Assembly: GCA_963817395.1 (NCBI GenBank)
Contig: CAWFOC010000008.1
Coordinates: forward strand, 26,389-90,388
Reading direction: 5' to 3'
DNA length: 64,000 bases
Origin: an uncultured Acidobacteriota bacterium
GTDB taxonomy: Bacteria > Acidobacteriota > Vicinamibacteria > Vicinamibacterales > CAVPJW01
The position numbers and the translations under genes are program-made. A model generated the notes under the pieces. That model worked only from the letters and a program-made list of their open reading frames with translations, was not told where the DNA came from and did not search any database. The first letter of the stretch is position 1. Each line of letters opens with the position of its first letter. This document shows positions 1-11,250 of this stretch, one piece after another.

Positions 1-57
1 CTCGAGACCAAACGCGACAAGAATCCTCCGAAGAAGCACGGCAACATCCCGCTCTGA
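1..57 (+). CDS. 3' end of an acyl-CoA carboxylase carboxyltransferase (beta) subunit; partial, runs off the window
   Basis: Frame 1 reads LETKRDKNPPKKHGNIPL then stop. A ...KHGNIPL C-terminus is typical of PccB/AccD-type carboxyltransferases. The next two genes are a biotin carboxylase and a BCCP. Confidence 0.5.
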   Translation, partial: LETKRDKNPPKKHGNIPL

Positions 58-181
58 CGCTCCGTTCCCTCGCCGGCTGCATGGTCGGTTCGCCCAGGAG
101 CCCGATGCTAGAATGGCAAGGGGTATGTGGCCTGCCTGCCGGACGTGTCGAGCCCGCAGCTGACGGGGCGCCGAGCGCTCG

Positions 182-1702
182 TTGACCAGAATTCTCATCG
201 CAAACCGCGGCGAGATTGCCGTGCGGCTGGTGCGCGCGTGTCGCGAGCTCGGCCTCCGCTCGGTCGCTGTCTACTCGGACTGCGATCGCACGGCGCTGCA
301 CGTCCGGCTCGCCGACGAAGCGTGCCATCTGGGCGGCAACCTGCCGTCGGACAGCTATCTGAACATCCCGCGCATCATCGATGCGGCGCGGCGCTCCGGC
401 GCCGACGCCGTCCATCCGGGTTACGGGTTCCTTGCCGAGAACGGTGACTTCGCCCGTCAGTGCCGCGAAGCCGGCCTCGTCTTCATCGGTCCTTCGCCCG
501 AGGTCATCGATCTAATGGGGAGCAAGACCGCGGCGCGCCGTCTGGCCGTGGACGCGGGTGTGCCAGTCGTGCCGGGAACCGAGCAACCGCTCGGTGCGGA
601 TGTGCCGCTCGACGCTGTCGCAGCGCTCGCCGCCGAGGTCGGCTATCCGCTGCTCGTGAAGGCTGTCGCCGGCGGCGGCGGCAAGGGTCTCCGGCGCGTG
701 GAGACGCCGGGCGAACTTGCCGACGCCGTGCTCGTGGCACGGTCGGAAGCGCAGTCGTCATTTGCCGACTCGGCAATCTATCTCGAACGCCTGCTCGTCC
801 GCCCTCGGCACATCGAGGTACAGCTGCTCGGCGACCACCACGGCACCGTCGTGCCGTTCGTCGAGCGCGAATGCTCGATTCAACGCCGCCATCAGAAGGT
901 GCTCGAGGAGAGCCCGTCGCCAGGTCTGTCGGTCGAGACGCGCCGGGCGCTGACCGCCGCAGCCGCCGCGGTGGCGCGGCGGGCGGGCTACACGAGCGCC
1001 GGCACCATCGAGTTCCTGCTGGACGGCGACGGCCGCTTCTATTTTCTAGAGATGAACACGCGCCTCCAGGTGGAGCATCCGGTGACGGAGCTGGTCACCG
1101 GAGTCGACTTGGTACACTGGCAGATTCGCATTGCGCGTGGCGAGCGGCTCGAGCTCGATGCCGGAGAGCTGCTGTGCCCGCGGGGGCACGCGATCGAGTG
1201 CCGAATTTATGCGGAGGATCCCGACCGTGGGTTTCTTCCCTCTCCTGGCCGGATCGAGGCCCTCCGCCAGGCGGCGGGTCCCGGCGTCCGAGACGATTCG
1301 GGTGTCACCGCGGGCTCCGACGTGCCTGTGTACTACGACTCGCTGATCTCCAAGCTGATCGTGTGGGGGCCCGATCGGTCCGTCGCGCTGGCGCGCCTGC
1401 GGCGGGCTCTCGGCGAATACCACGTGGCGGGCGTCAAGACGATCCTTCCGTTCTTCCGCTGGATCGTCCATGACGCCGACTTTGCCGCCGGCCGCCTCGA
1501 CACAGAGTTCATCGACCGGGCGCTGGCCGAACAGAACGGGCGTCCATTCCGGGAAGAGCCGCACGCTGCCGATACGGCGGCCATGGCGGCGGCCATTTAC
1601 GCCTACCTGACGGCGTCCGCGACCGCTATCCGATCCGTCGAGCTGGGCTCAGGTGAGTCGAGCGCGTGGACGCGACAGGGGCGGCGTGAAGGGTTGCGCT
1701 GA
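182..1702 (+). CDS. accC: biotin carboxylase (ATP-grasp subunit of an acetyl/acyl-CoA carboxylase)
   Basis: 506-aa ORF with a TTG start. Motifs: ILIANRGEIAVR, VAGGGGKGLRRV (glycine-rich ATP loop), EMNTRLQVEHPVTE. No biotinyl domain is fused to it. Confidence 0.9.
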   Translation: MTRILIANRGEIAVRLVRACRELGLRSVAVYSDCDRTALHVRLADEACHLGGNLPSDSYLNIPRIIDAARRSGADAVHPGYGFLAENGDFARQCREAGLVFIGPSPEVIDLMGSKTAARRLAVDAGVPVVPGTEQPLGADVPLDAVAALAAEVGYPLLVKAVAGGGGKGLRRVETPGELADAVLVARSEAQSSFADSAIYLERLLVRPRHIEVQLLGDHHGTVVPFVERECSIQRRHQKVLEESPSPGLSVETRRALTAAAAAVARRAGYTSAGTIEFLLDGDGRFYFLEMNTRLQVEHPVTELVTGVDLVHWQIRIARGERLELDAGELLCPRGHAIECRIYAEDPDRGFLPSPGRIEALRQAAGPGVRDDSGVTAGSDVPVYYDSLISKLIVWGPDRSVALARLRRALGEYHVAGVKTILPFFRWIVHDADFAAGRLDTEFIDRALAEQNGRPFREEPHAADTAAMAAAIYAYLTASATAIRSVELGSGESSAWTRQGRREGLR

Positions 1703-1704
1703 AC

Positions 1705-2220
1705 GTGGTGTTCGACATCAGCATCGACGGCCGCCAGTGGACGATCGGAGTCGAAGCTCGCGGGGGCAAGCTGGCGGTGGAGTGTGAGGGGCGCCTAATC
1801 CACGTCGATGCGGCATCGGTGGCCGGAGGCCTCTCGCTCATCTTTCCGGATGACGGCCTCGCCAGCCGCGAAGCCATGGTTCGCGAAGGCTCGAGGTCGG
1901 GGGAGCTCGTCATCGAGGTCGCTGGCGCCGCATTTCGCGCTGAGGTGCAGCCCGCCGGTCGGTGGCCCATGGGACCCACGACCGTGAAGGCCACGAATGC
2001 TCACGGTCGGCAGCGTATCGTCGCGCCCATGCCCGGACGGATCGTCCGTGTACTGGTGCACGCCGGCGATCGGGTCGAACCCCGGCAGAGCCTGGTGACC
2101 ATCGAAGCCATGAAGATGGAGAACGAGCTTCGATCCTCAGCCGCCGGCGTCGTGGTGGCGGTCGAGGCGGTTGAGGGCGCCGCCGTCGACGCTGGCACGG
2201 TACTCGTCATCGTCGAATGA
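1705..2220 (+). CDS. biotin carboxyl carrier protein-like (C-terminal biotinyl-lipoyl domain)
   Basis: 171-aa ORF starting 3 nt after the accC stop. The C-terminal 70 aa carry the biotinylation motif EAMKMENE. I do not recognise the N-terminal ~95 aa. Confidence 0.8.
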   Translation: MVFDISIDGRQWTIGVEARGGKLAVECEGRLIHVDAASVAGGLSLIFPDDGLASREAMVREGSRSGELVIEVAGAAFRAEVQPAGRWPMGPTTVKATNAHGRQRIVAPMPGRIVRVLVHAGDRVEPRQSLVTIEAMKMENELRSSAAGVVVAVEAVEGAAVDAGTVLVIVE

Positions 2221-2238
2221 TGGAATGAGCAAGACGAC

Positions 2239-5200
2239 GTGCTGAACGAATCCTGGCGGAAGGTGCGGGCCGGCTGGCAGGCCTCCCGCGTGCGGACTCT
2301 CTGGAAGTATGTGAGGCGCACGCTCGTCGTGTTCGTCGCGCTGGTCGCTGCGGCCGTCGTGTCTTCGCTGACGCTCGATCTCGGCCCCCGCGTGCGGGCT
2401 CTGGCGGAGCGCGAGGGATCGAAGCAGATTGAGCGGCCGATGCACATCGGGCGGTTGTCGATCCGCCTGTTGACGGGCACCTTCATTCTCGAGGACTTCA
2501 CGATCGAAGGGCTCACGCCTGAGGATCGTCCGTTCCTGAAGGCGAAGCGCATCGCCGTGTCGATGCCATGGTGGACCATCGTCCGCCGCGAGGTGCTTAT
2601 CGACTCGGTCGACATGAGCGACTGGCAGATGGTGGTCGAGACGTTTCCGGGCAACCGCAACAATTTCCCGCGGTTCACACGGGGGGGGCCCACGCCGCCT
2701 GGCCAGCGCCGGTTCACGACCACGGTCCAGTACGCCAGGGCTCATCGCGGCGAACTCACCTTCGAGGATCATGCCGTGCCGTGGAGCACGGTCGCGCGCA
2801 ACCTGGACATCGATGTCGCCAAGCTCGGCGAGTATCGCGGTCACGCCAGGTTCTCGGGTGGCACCGTCAAAGTCATGAACTACGAGCCGATGAGCGCAGC
2901 GATGCGCGCCTCGTTCGTCATTCGCAACAACAAGATCGTGTTCGATCGCGTCAACCTCGACACCGACGGCGCCGAGTCGTTCGTGACGGGCGAGGTGGAC
3001 CTGCCGCGATGGCCCGAGCAGCGCTATCAGGTGCGTTCGCGCATTCACTTTCCGCGCATGCGCGAGCTCTTCTTCGCGCGCCAGACCTTCAGGCTGCAGG
3101 GCGACGGTGAGTTCGTCGGTACCTTTCACCTCTTCAAGGGGGGGCGGCGGCTCACGGGATCGTTCTCGAGCGAGTCGGCGGGCGTGAACGATTTCCGCTT
3201 CGGCGCGCTCGAGGGCGAGCTCGACTGGCGGCCGAACCGCTTCGATGTCACCCGGGCGACCGCGCGCTTCCACGACGGCGACGTGGCGTTCACCTATTCC
3301 ATGGCGCCCATCGGCGTGCGCCGGGAAGCCGGCGATGGCGCGGTTCGACACGACCTACACCGACGTCCAGCTGGCCGGGTTCACGGACTTTCTCGAATTG
3401 CGGGGCGTACGGCTCGCCGGGCAGGTATCGGGTCATACGCTGCTCGAATGGCCGCTGGGGCGGTTCTCGGAAAAACGCGGCGAAGGCCACATGACGGTTG
3501 CGCCGCCGCCGGGCGAAAGCGTGCTCCCGCGACTGCCTCCGGGCCAGTTGTCGGAAGAAAGCGCTGACGCGCGGTTGGGCCCCGAGTGGGGACCCTTCAG
3601 TCCCCACACGCCGATGGGTCACGTCGGCGGTCGCGGGGAGCCTGCACTATCGCTTCCAACCCGGGTTCATCCACCTCGAGCCGAGCTCTCTGGCCACCGC
3701 GCGCACCTTTGTCGAGTTTCAGGGACGCAGTGCATGGGGGGCCGAGTCACGTATTCCCTTCCGCGTGCTGAGCGCCGACTGGCAGGAGAGCGATCGTTTC
3801 CTGGCCGGCGTGCTCACGGCCTTTGGCGCCAATACACGGGCCGTGCCCATCGGCGGCTGGGGCGAGTTCGTGGGCATCATGCTCGGAGAGTTCCGTCGGC
3901 CGCGGATCGAGGGTCGCTTCGAGGGCGATGGATTGCGCGCCTGGAACGTCGAATGGGGGCGAGCCTCCGCGGACGTCGTCATCGAGAACGGCTACGTCGA
4001 CGTCACCGAGGGATTGATCCGCAAAGGCGATTCGGCGATTCGGACGAACGGACGCTTCTCGCTTGGATATCCGCGCCGCGACGGCGGTGAGGAAATCAAT
4101 GCGCGTGTGCAGATGACGGGACGCGATGTCGCCGATCTGCGTCGGGCATTCGCGCTTGACGACTATCGTGTCGACGGTCGGCTGTCAGGCGAGTTCCACC
4201 TGTATGGCAAGTACGAGACGCCCTTCGGCTTCGGTCTCGTGACCGTAGAAGACGGCGTGGCATACGGGGAGACGTTCGAGCACTTCGAGAGCGCCCTCCG
4301 CTTCGAGGGAGGGGGCGTGCGGCTGGATGCCGCGAGCGCGCGAAAGGGAGAAGGCACCGTCACAGGCGCCGCCTTCATCGGCTGGACCGGCGGGACGTAT
4401 TCGTTCAACGCCGCAGGCCGTCGTATTCCGCTCGAGGACGTTTCGTCCCTGAATTTTTCGCGAGCGCCGCTTTCCGGCCTGCTCGAGTTCTCGGCGGAGG
4501 GCAGTGGCACGTTCGAGGCGCCGCGGTACGACGTCGAGGCCAAGATCAGCGACCTCTTCGTCGGCGACGAGGGGATCGGAGCCGTCACGGGCACCATGGC
4601 GGTGCGCGCCGATCTGCTGACAATCGGCCTCGAGGCCGCATCGCCACGGCTCGCGGTGTCGGGCACGGGACGGATCAGCCTCAACGAGCAGGCTGACATA
4701 GAAGCCACGCTGCGATTCACCGACACCTCGCTCGATCCCTACGTCCGGATCTTCGAGCCACGGCTTTCCCCGTTCACGACGGCCGTGGCCAGCGGCGGCA
4801 TTCGCATCGTGGGCGAGCTGACCGACCTGAACCACCTGCTCGTGGACGGCACAATCGATCAGCTGCAGCTCGGCCTCTTCGACTATCCGCTTTCCAATGC
4901 CGGCCCGGTTCGACTGGCGTTCGACCGCAACACCCTGAGGCTGGGCGAAGCCAGGCTCGTCGGAGAGGGCACCGAGCTCGATCTTGGTGGCTCGGTGGAT
5001 CTGCAGAGCCGCCGCATCGACATGCGTGCCACCGGCAACGCGGGCCTCGGAATTCTTCAGGGCTTCTTCCGCGACCTGCGGAGCGCCGGGCAGGCCCGGC
5101 TCGAGGCGTCGGTCAGCGGCCCGCTCGACGCCCCGATCTTCGGCGGCAGCGCGTCGATTACGGCTGGACGCATCCGCCACTTTTCGCTTCCGCACTCCCT

Positions 5201-6347
5201 CGACAACATCGACGGACGTGTCACCTTCGACCAGCGCGCCATCCGCTTCGATGAGCTCGCGGCGACCTTGGGCGGAGGCCGGGTCCAGTTCGGCGGCCGC
5301 GTCGGGCTCGCCGGGTACACGCTGGGCGATCTCAATCTGACCGCCACGGGACAGGACATGCGCCTGCGCTATCCGCCCGGCGTTCGCTCGGTGGTCGACG
5401 CCGACCTCACGCTGCGCGGGCCGCCCGGCCAACCGCTGCTCTCCGGTACGGTCACGGTGAAAAGCGCCGAATGGACGGAGCGGATCAACACCAGCGGCAA
5501 TATCTTCGAGCTGGCGACCGGCGGCGGCGATCAAGCGCCTGCGGGGCCCGCGGCCGAAACGTTTCCGCTGCGCTTTGACGTCCGGATCCTGGCGCAAGAC
5601 ACGCTTCGAATCGAGAACAACGCCGCCCGACTCGTGCTCAGTGCGGACCTCATCCTCGGCGGGACCTTGGACCGGCCCACGGTGTTCGGCCGGGCCGAGG
5701 TGGAGCGCGGCGAGGTGCTCTTCGAAGCCAAGCGCTACGTCGTGACACGCGGCAGCGTGGACTTCAGCAATCCCACGCGCATCGAGCCTTTCTTCGACGT
5801 CGAGGCCGAGACGCGCGTACGGGTTCCGGGCCAGACCTACCAGGTGATCCTCAGGGCCGCCGGCACGCCGCAGCGTCTCGACGTGGAGCTCAGCTCCGAT
5901 CCGCCGCTGTCTCAGGTCGACATCGTGTCTCTGCTGTTCGGCGACGTGCGGCCCACGCAGGATGCTGAGCTCAGCGCGCTGCGCAGCCAGGACGTGGCCG
6001 AGCAGCAGCTCCTGCAGTCGAGGGCGGCCCGTCTCCTGGCCAGTCCGATTTCGTCGGGCGTCGAACGGGTCGTCGAACAGACCTTCGGCGTGGACACGTT
6101 CCAGATCACGCCGTCGCTCGTCGATCCCTATCAGCAATCGTCGCGGCTCAATCCTTCGGCGCGTGTGACAATCGGCAAGCGCATCTCGGAGCGCGTGTAC
6201 CTGACCTTTGCCCGCAGCCTCACGGCCTCGAGCCGCGATCAGATCATCCTGCTCGAGTACGACCAGAGCGACCGGTTCTCGTGGATCCTGACGCAGAACG
6301 AGGACGAGAGCTACTCGCTCGACGTTCGCGTGAGACACACCTTTTGA
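2239..6347 (+). CDS. tamB: TamB-like translocation and assembly module protein (AsmA/DUF490 type); reading frame interrupted twice as assembled
   Basis: N-terminal membrane anchor (VVFVALVAAAVVSSL), a long beta-rich body, and a TamB-type C-terminus (ILLEYDQSDRFSWILTQNEDESYSLDVRVRHTF then stop). Plausible coding runs in the frame of 2239 to about 3300-3340. It continues in the frame of ORF 3245..4090 to about 3610-3640, then in ORF 3498..6347. Confidence 0.75.
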
Positions 6348-9337
6348 TGCGCCCATCGTGGAGGCTTGCCGTCCTCGCGCGTCTGGCGCCGCTCGCCGCA
6401 GTCGTGGCATGCCCCATCGGTGCGAGCGCGGCGCAGATTGAAGATTTTCTGGATCGGCCGGTTGTAGAGGTCCGGCTCCTCCAGGAAGGCCAATCTCTGG
6501 ACGACGCCGTTGTGTGGGAGCTCGTGCAGACGCGCGTCGGACAGCCCCTGCACCTCAACCAGGTTCGCGAAACCATGGCGCACCTGTTCGGATTGGGCCG
6601 CTTCCAGGACATTCGTGTCGTGGCCGCACGGGTCGAATCCGGCGTCAGCCTCACCTACGAGCTCATCCCTCTCCATGCGGTCGGGCGGATGGAGTTTCGG
6701 GGGTCGCCGGGACTTTCCGAGAGCCGCCTGCGGTCCACCATCGTCGACCGCTTCGGCGCGGCGCCCTCCGTGGGGCGCGCGGCGAACATGGTCGAAACGC
6801 TCACGGCGCTCTATCGCGACTATGGATACCAGCATGCCAGCGTGAAGGTCCACACCGAGGTCGAACACGCTCCGGAGCGCACGACGCTGGTGTTCGTGAC
6901 CGAGTCGGGGCCGCAGGCCATGATCAATGGCGTCAGCATCGAGGGGAATCCGCTGCAGCCTCGCGGCCAGCTGCTCGGTCGCCTGAACGTGGAATCCGGC
7001 ACCGCATACAACCGTCCCGAGATTCTCGCTGGCATCGAGCGCGGCACCGACGATCTGCGAGAGCGCGGCTACTACGAGGCGCGGATCGATCATCGTGCCG
7101 CATTCAGTGCTGATGGAAAATCGGTCGAGGTGACGATCACTGTCGAGCCTGGACCGCATGTCGAGGTGGTGTTCGAGGGCGACCCGCTGCCGTCGCGCGA
7201 ACGCACGGAGCTCGTGCCGGTGCGCCGGGAAGGATCCGTCGACGAGGATCTGCTGGAGGATTCCAAGCGAGCGATCGAGACGTATCTGCACAATCAAGGG
7301 TATCGGGACGCTGTCGTCGAGGTGACACGGAGCGGCGATGGACGGGAGCAGCGCATCGTGTTCACTGTGGCGCGCGGTCCGCGCTACGTGGTGAGCGAGG
7401 TGACCCTCGACGGCGTCCAATCGCTGACCTCCAGCGGGGTGGAGCAGCTCCTGCGAGTCGAAGCGGGCGATCCGTTCGTGCGGGCCGACCTCGACGCCGC
7501 GTTGGGCCGGCTGGCCGAGGCGTACCGGCGCGTGGGCTTCGTGGGGGCGAGCGTGAAGGTCGACGCCGCCTCGCCGCCGCCTGCCGCCGGTATGCCGGGT
7601 CGCGCGGAGATTCCAGTCGCCCTTCGGGTGGCGGTCACCGAGGGCGTCCAGACCGTCGTTGGAGACGTCACCTTCGAAGGCAACGAGGCGGTGCCCCCGG
7701 AGACGCTCAGCTCGGCGCTGTCGCTGCGGACCGGCGAGCCGTACTATCCCCCTCGCCTCACCACCGATCTCGACGCCGTGGTGCTGCAGTATCTCAACCG
7801 GGGCTTCCAGACTGCCAGTGCCGACGCCAAGGTGGAGTTCAGCCCGGACAAGACCCGCGCGAACATCCGGTTCGTGATCGCCGAAGGTCCTCAGGTGTTC
7901 ATCGACCATATCCTGGTGGTCGGCAACAACCGGACCCGCGTCGAGACCATTCAACGCGAGCTGGTCGTGAGAGCGGGCCAGCCCCTCAGCTTCAGCGACA
8001 TCATCGAGAGCCAGCGCCGCCTGAGCGCCCTCGGCCTGTTTCGGCGCGTGCGGATCACCGAGCTCCGGCATCCGAGCTCTGAAACCAGGCGCGATCTGCT
8101 CGTGACGGTCGAGGAGGCCCCGCTCACGACAGTGGGCTACGGTTTGGGCGTCGAAGGTGGCCGCCGCCTCCGCCGGACCGAGGAGGACGAAGGCGCCGTC
8201 GAGGTGTTCGAGTTCGTGCCGCGGGGATTTTTCGAGGTCGGCCGGCGCAATCTGTGGGGCAAGAACCGGGCGATCAACCTCTTCATGCGCGCCACGCTGC
8301 GCGAGCGCGAAACGTTTCCAGCCGATCCCTCGCCCGAGAATCCCGATCCGCCGGCGCCAGACGGCACCTACGGCTTCACCGAGTACCGGGTGCTGGGCAC
8401 GTTTCGGGAGCCCCGGGTGTTCAGCACGGGCGCCGACGCGCTCGTCACGGCGTATCTGGAGCAGGGCGTCCGATCAAGCTTCAATTTCAACCGCCGGGGC
8501 GTCCGGGCGGAAGTCGGCAAGCGCGTGACCCGGACACTCAGCCTGTCGGGACGGTACTCGTTCGACCGCACCAGGCTCTTCGACGAGCAGATCGCTCCCG
8601 AGGATCAAAACGACATCGACCGGCTGTTTCCACGCGTCCGCCTGTCGGCATTTTCGGCGTCGGCCCTCCATGACACGCGCGACGATGCGCTCGATCCGGC
8701 CCGGGGCGGGATGGTCGGCATCGATGGCGAGGTAGCGGCGCGCGCGATCGGTTCGGAAGTTGGGTTCGCCAAGACGTTTCTGCACGGCTTCATCTACCGG
8801 CGGATTCCCAGCACGCGGCGGATCGTGTTCGCGGGCGGCGCTCGTCTCGGCGTGGCCACGGGCTTTCCCCGCGAAGTGAACAGCACGGACGAGAACGGCG
8901 ACCCGATTCTGGATCCGGACGGCAATCCAGTCATGGAAGAGCTGCGCGACGTGCCCGCGAGCGAGCGATTCTACGCAGGAGGAGACACCACGGTTCGCGG
9001 TTTCGCGCTCGATCGACTGGGCAGGCCGGATACGTTCGACGCCGACGGGTTTCCAAAGGGCGGCCATGCCCTCGTGATCTTCAACGCAGAGCTGCGGGTC
9101 CCGGTCTGGCGGGATCTTGGAGCGGTCGGCTTCGTGGATTCCGGCAACGTCTTCGCGCTCGTCGACGATCTGGATCTGTCGCTGATTAAAGGCGCCGCCG
9201 GGTTCGGCATTCGCTACCGATCACCGATCGGCCCACTGAGGATCGATCTGGGCTTCAAGCTGACGCGCGATCGCTTCGCCAACGGCGAGCTCGAGCGCCG
9301 TACCGCGCTGCACATCAGTCTCGGTCAGGCCTTCTGA
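6347..9337 (+). CDS. bamA: BamA/Omp85-family outer membrane protein assembly factor (POTRA repeats plus beta-barrel)
   Basis: I chose the ATG at 6347, which overlaps the tamB stop (TGATG). This gives a signal peptide MRPSWRLAVLARLAPLAAVVACPIGASAAQ. Repeated POTRA-like modules, the Omp85 loop-6 motif (YAGGDTTVRGF), and a C-terminal beta-signal ending ...ISLGQAF. Confidence 0.85.
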   Translation: MRPSWRLAVLARLAPLAAVVACPIGASAAQIEDFLDRPVVEVRLLQEGQSLDDAVVWELVQTRVGQPLHLNQVRETMAHLFGLGRFQDIRVVAARVESGVSLTYELIPLHAVGRMEFRGSPGLSESRLRSTIVDRFGAAPSVGRAANMVETLTALYRDYGYQHASVKVHTEVEHAPERTTLVFVTESGPQAMINGVSIEGNPLQPRGQLLGRLNVESGTAYNRPEILAGIERGTDDLRERGYYEARIDHRAAFSADGKSVEVTITVEPGPHVEVVFEGDPLPSRERTELVPVRREGSVDEDLLEDSKRAIETYLHNQGYRDAVVEVTRSGDGREQRIVFTVARGPRYVVSEVTLDGVQSLTSSGVEQLLRVEAGDPFVRADLDAALGRLAEAYRRVGFVGASVKVDAASPPPAAGMPGRAEIPVALRVAVTEGVQTVVGDVTFEGNEAVPPETLSSALSLRTGEPYYPPRLTTDLDAVVLQYLNRGFQTASADAKVEFSPDKTRANIRFVIAEGPQVFIDHILVVGNNRTRVETIQRELVVRAGQPLSFSDIIESQRRLSALGLFRRVRITELRHPSSETRRDLLVTVEEAPLTTVGYGLGVEGGRRLRRTEEDEGAVEVFEFVPRGFFEVGRRNLWGKNRAINLFMRATLRERETFPADPSPENPDPPAPDGTYGFTEYRVLGTFREPRVFSTGADALVTAYLEQGVRSSFNFNRRGVRAEVGKRVTRTLSLSGRYSFDRTRLFDEQIAPEDQNDIDRLFPRVRLSAFSASALHDTRDDALDPARGGMVGIDGEVAARAIGSEVGFAKTFLHGFIYRRIPSTRRIVFAGGARLGVATGFPREVNSTDENGDPILDPDGNPVMEELRDVPASERFYAGGDTTVRGFALDRLGRPDTFDADGFPKGGHALVIFNAELRVPVWRDLGAVGFVDSGNVFALVDDLDLSLIKGAAGFGIRYRSPIGPLRIDLGFKLTRDRFANGELERRTALHISLGQAF

Positions 9338-9999
9338 TGTGCGAGCGTCGACGTGTGTCGGGAGAGCGAAGTCACGTTGCGGCAGTCGTCGCACTGGTCT
9401 CGGTTCTGATGGCGGGCGCGCGTGCCCAGGAAGTCATCGAACGCGTGCTGGCCGCCGTGGAAGGGCAGATCGTGACGCTGTCCGATGTGCGCGGGGTGCT
9501 GGCTCTCGGTCTGGCGCCTGACCCGCCTCAGGGCGCCGACCCCGTTGGTGCCGTACTGATCCGGCTGATCGATCGCGAGCTGATGCTCCGCGAGGTGCAG
9601 CGCTATTTGCCGCCCGAGCCAGCGACTACCGATGTCGAGCAGCGGCTCGACCGTGTCCGGTCCCGGTTCCCGTCGGAGCCTGCCTTCCGGGCCGCGCTGG
9701 CGCACACGGCGTTCGACGATGAACGTCTGAGGAACTGGGTTCGCAACGACCTGCGCATCGAGGAGTACCTGAGAGATCGATTCGCGTCCGCCGGCCAGCT
9801 CACCGGCGAAGAAATTGACGTCTACCTGAAACAGCACCAGGCCGAGCTGGCTCGCGAAGGACAGTCCCTTGACGCAGCGCGTGATCTGGCGCGGTCCGCA
9901 CTGGCCGAGGAGCGCCGCACCGGCCTGATCGACGAGTGGCTCGCCGGACTCCGCCGGCGGGCGGAGGTCGTCAATCTCTATTTCGTCAATCCCGGCTGA
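9337..9999 (+). CDS. SurA N-terminal-domain-like periplasmic chaperone (no PPIase domain)
   Basis: The ATG overlaps the bamA stop (TGATG). Signal peptide VAAVVALVSVLMAGARAQE. All-helical, with a pattern like the SurA N-domain (ERVLAAVEGQIVTLSDV...ELMLREVQR). Confidence 0.55.
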   Translation: MCERRRVSGERSHVAAVVALVSVLMAGARAQEVIERVLAAVEGQIVTLSDVRGVLALGLAPDPPQGADPVGAVLIRLIDRELMLREVQRYLPPEPATTDVEQRLDRVRSRFPSEPAFRAALAHTAFDDERLRNWVRNDLRIEEYLRDRFASAGQLTGEEIDVYLKQHQAELAREGQSLDAARDLARSALAEERRTGLIDEWLAGLRRRAEVVNLYFVNPG

Positions 10000-11250
10000 C
10001 GCTCGCCGCGCTCGGTGAGCTCCCGAAAAAGCTGCACGAGCGCCACCGTCACGACATCCCAGGAGAACGTCGTCTCGACAATCTGCCGGCTGACGCGGCC
10101 CATGACCGCGAGCCGTTCGAGACTGGCCAGCGCTGTGGCGATCGTGCTCGACAAGGGGCTCGGCTCTCCCGGAGCGACCAGCCAGCCGTTCCGGCCCTCG
10201 TGCACCTTGTCGGGAAGCCCTCCGGCCCGCGTCGCGATGACGGCGCGACGGTGGGCCATGGCTTCGAGGGTGACGAGCGAGCTGCCCTCGTACAGCGTGG
10301 GATGCACGAAGACCGTCGCCGCTTCATACCAGGCGTGCAGCTCGTCGTCGTTCACCCGGAGCGTCATGAGCGTTCGATCGTGGATGCCGAGCTCTCGCAC
10401 GATTCGCTCCAGACGGGGGCGGAACGGTCCGTCGCCCACGAGGACCCATCGCCACGCGAGCGAAGGAATGGCGGCCAGCGCCCGGGCCAGCACATCGAAG
10501 CCTTTGTTCTGCTCGATTCGTCCGACGCTCAACAGGAGAGGCTCGTTCAAGCCGCAGCCGGCGCGCGCCCGGAGCTTCGAGCTGATTTCAACCGGGACGG
10601 GCCGATCACACACCTCGAGATCCACGGCGTTCGGTACGACACGGACGCGGTCGGCCGGGATGCGGAGCGCGTGGCGCACGATGGGCTCGAGCGATCGATC
10701 CGTGGCGATGACACAATCGGCGGCCCGGGCGCATGCACGGACCGCCGCGCGAAGCGGCGCGTAAGCCAGACGCTTCGTTCGTCCGATCGCCCAGCTGGCG
10801 CCTGACGCGCCAAACTCCTCGAGGCCCTGCGGGTTGAATACCAGCGGCGCCGAAACGTCGCCTCCTGCTGCGACGTCTCGCATACCCGAGCGCGCTCGCG
10901 CCCAGGCCGTAGACGATGTCGATGCGGCCGGCGCTGACGAGTTCGGACGCCAGCCAGCCGGCCCGCAGACCGAACAGGGGGTACGCCGTGCTCCGATCGA
11001 TCACCGTGGTGCCGCGGCGGCCGGCGAGCGGAAACGTGGTGTAGGGCACGAAGTGCGTGCTGGCGGCGCCCTCGAGCGCACGCGCGGACCCGGCGGACGG
11101 CCGGGTGATCAGGTGCACCTCGACGCCAGCTCGCGCCAGCTGGCGGACGAGATCGCCGGTGTGACGTTCGAGCCCGCCGTGCGCGTGCAGGGGCCACACC
11201 GACCGTGCGATGACCGCGACACGAAGAGCGGCTGACAATGGCGCGCTCAC
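9978..11250 (-). CDS. GT4-family (GT-B fold) glycosyltransferase; one frame break as assembled
   Basis: N-terminal half is ORF 10606..11250 (RVAVIARSVWPLHAHGGLERHTGDLVRQLARAGVEVHLI). C-terminal half is ORF 9978..10883, with the E-x7-E region YEGSSLVTLEAMA. The frames join at about 10840-10890. The GTG start overlaps the stop of the upstream gene (GTGA). Confidence 0.75.

Noticed and set aside
4185-6410. 741-aa ORF on the minus strand, antisense to the tamB-like gene
   Set aside because: It fully overlaps a gene with clear family features. Its translation is Arg/Ala/Gly/Pro-rich with no recognisable motif. Long antisense ORFs are expected at about 70% GC because stop codons are rare.
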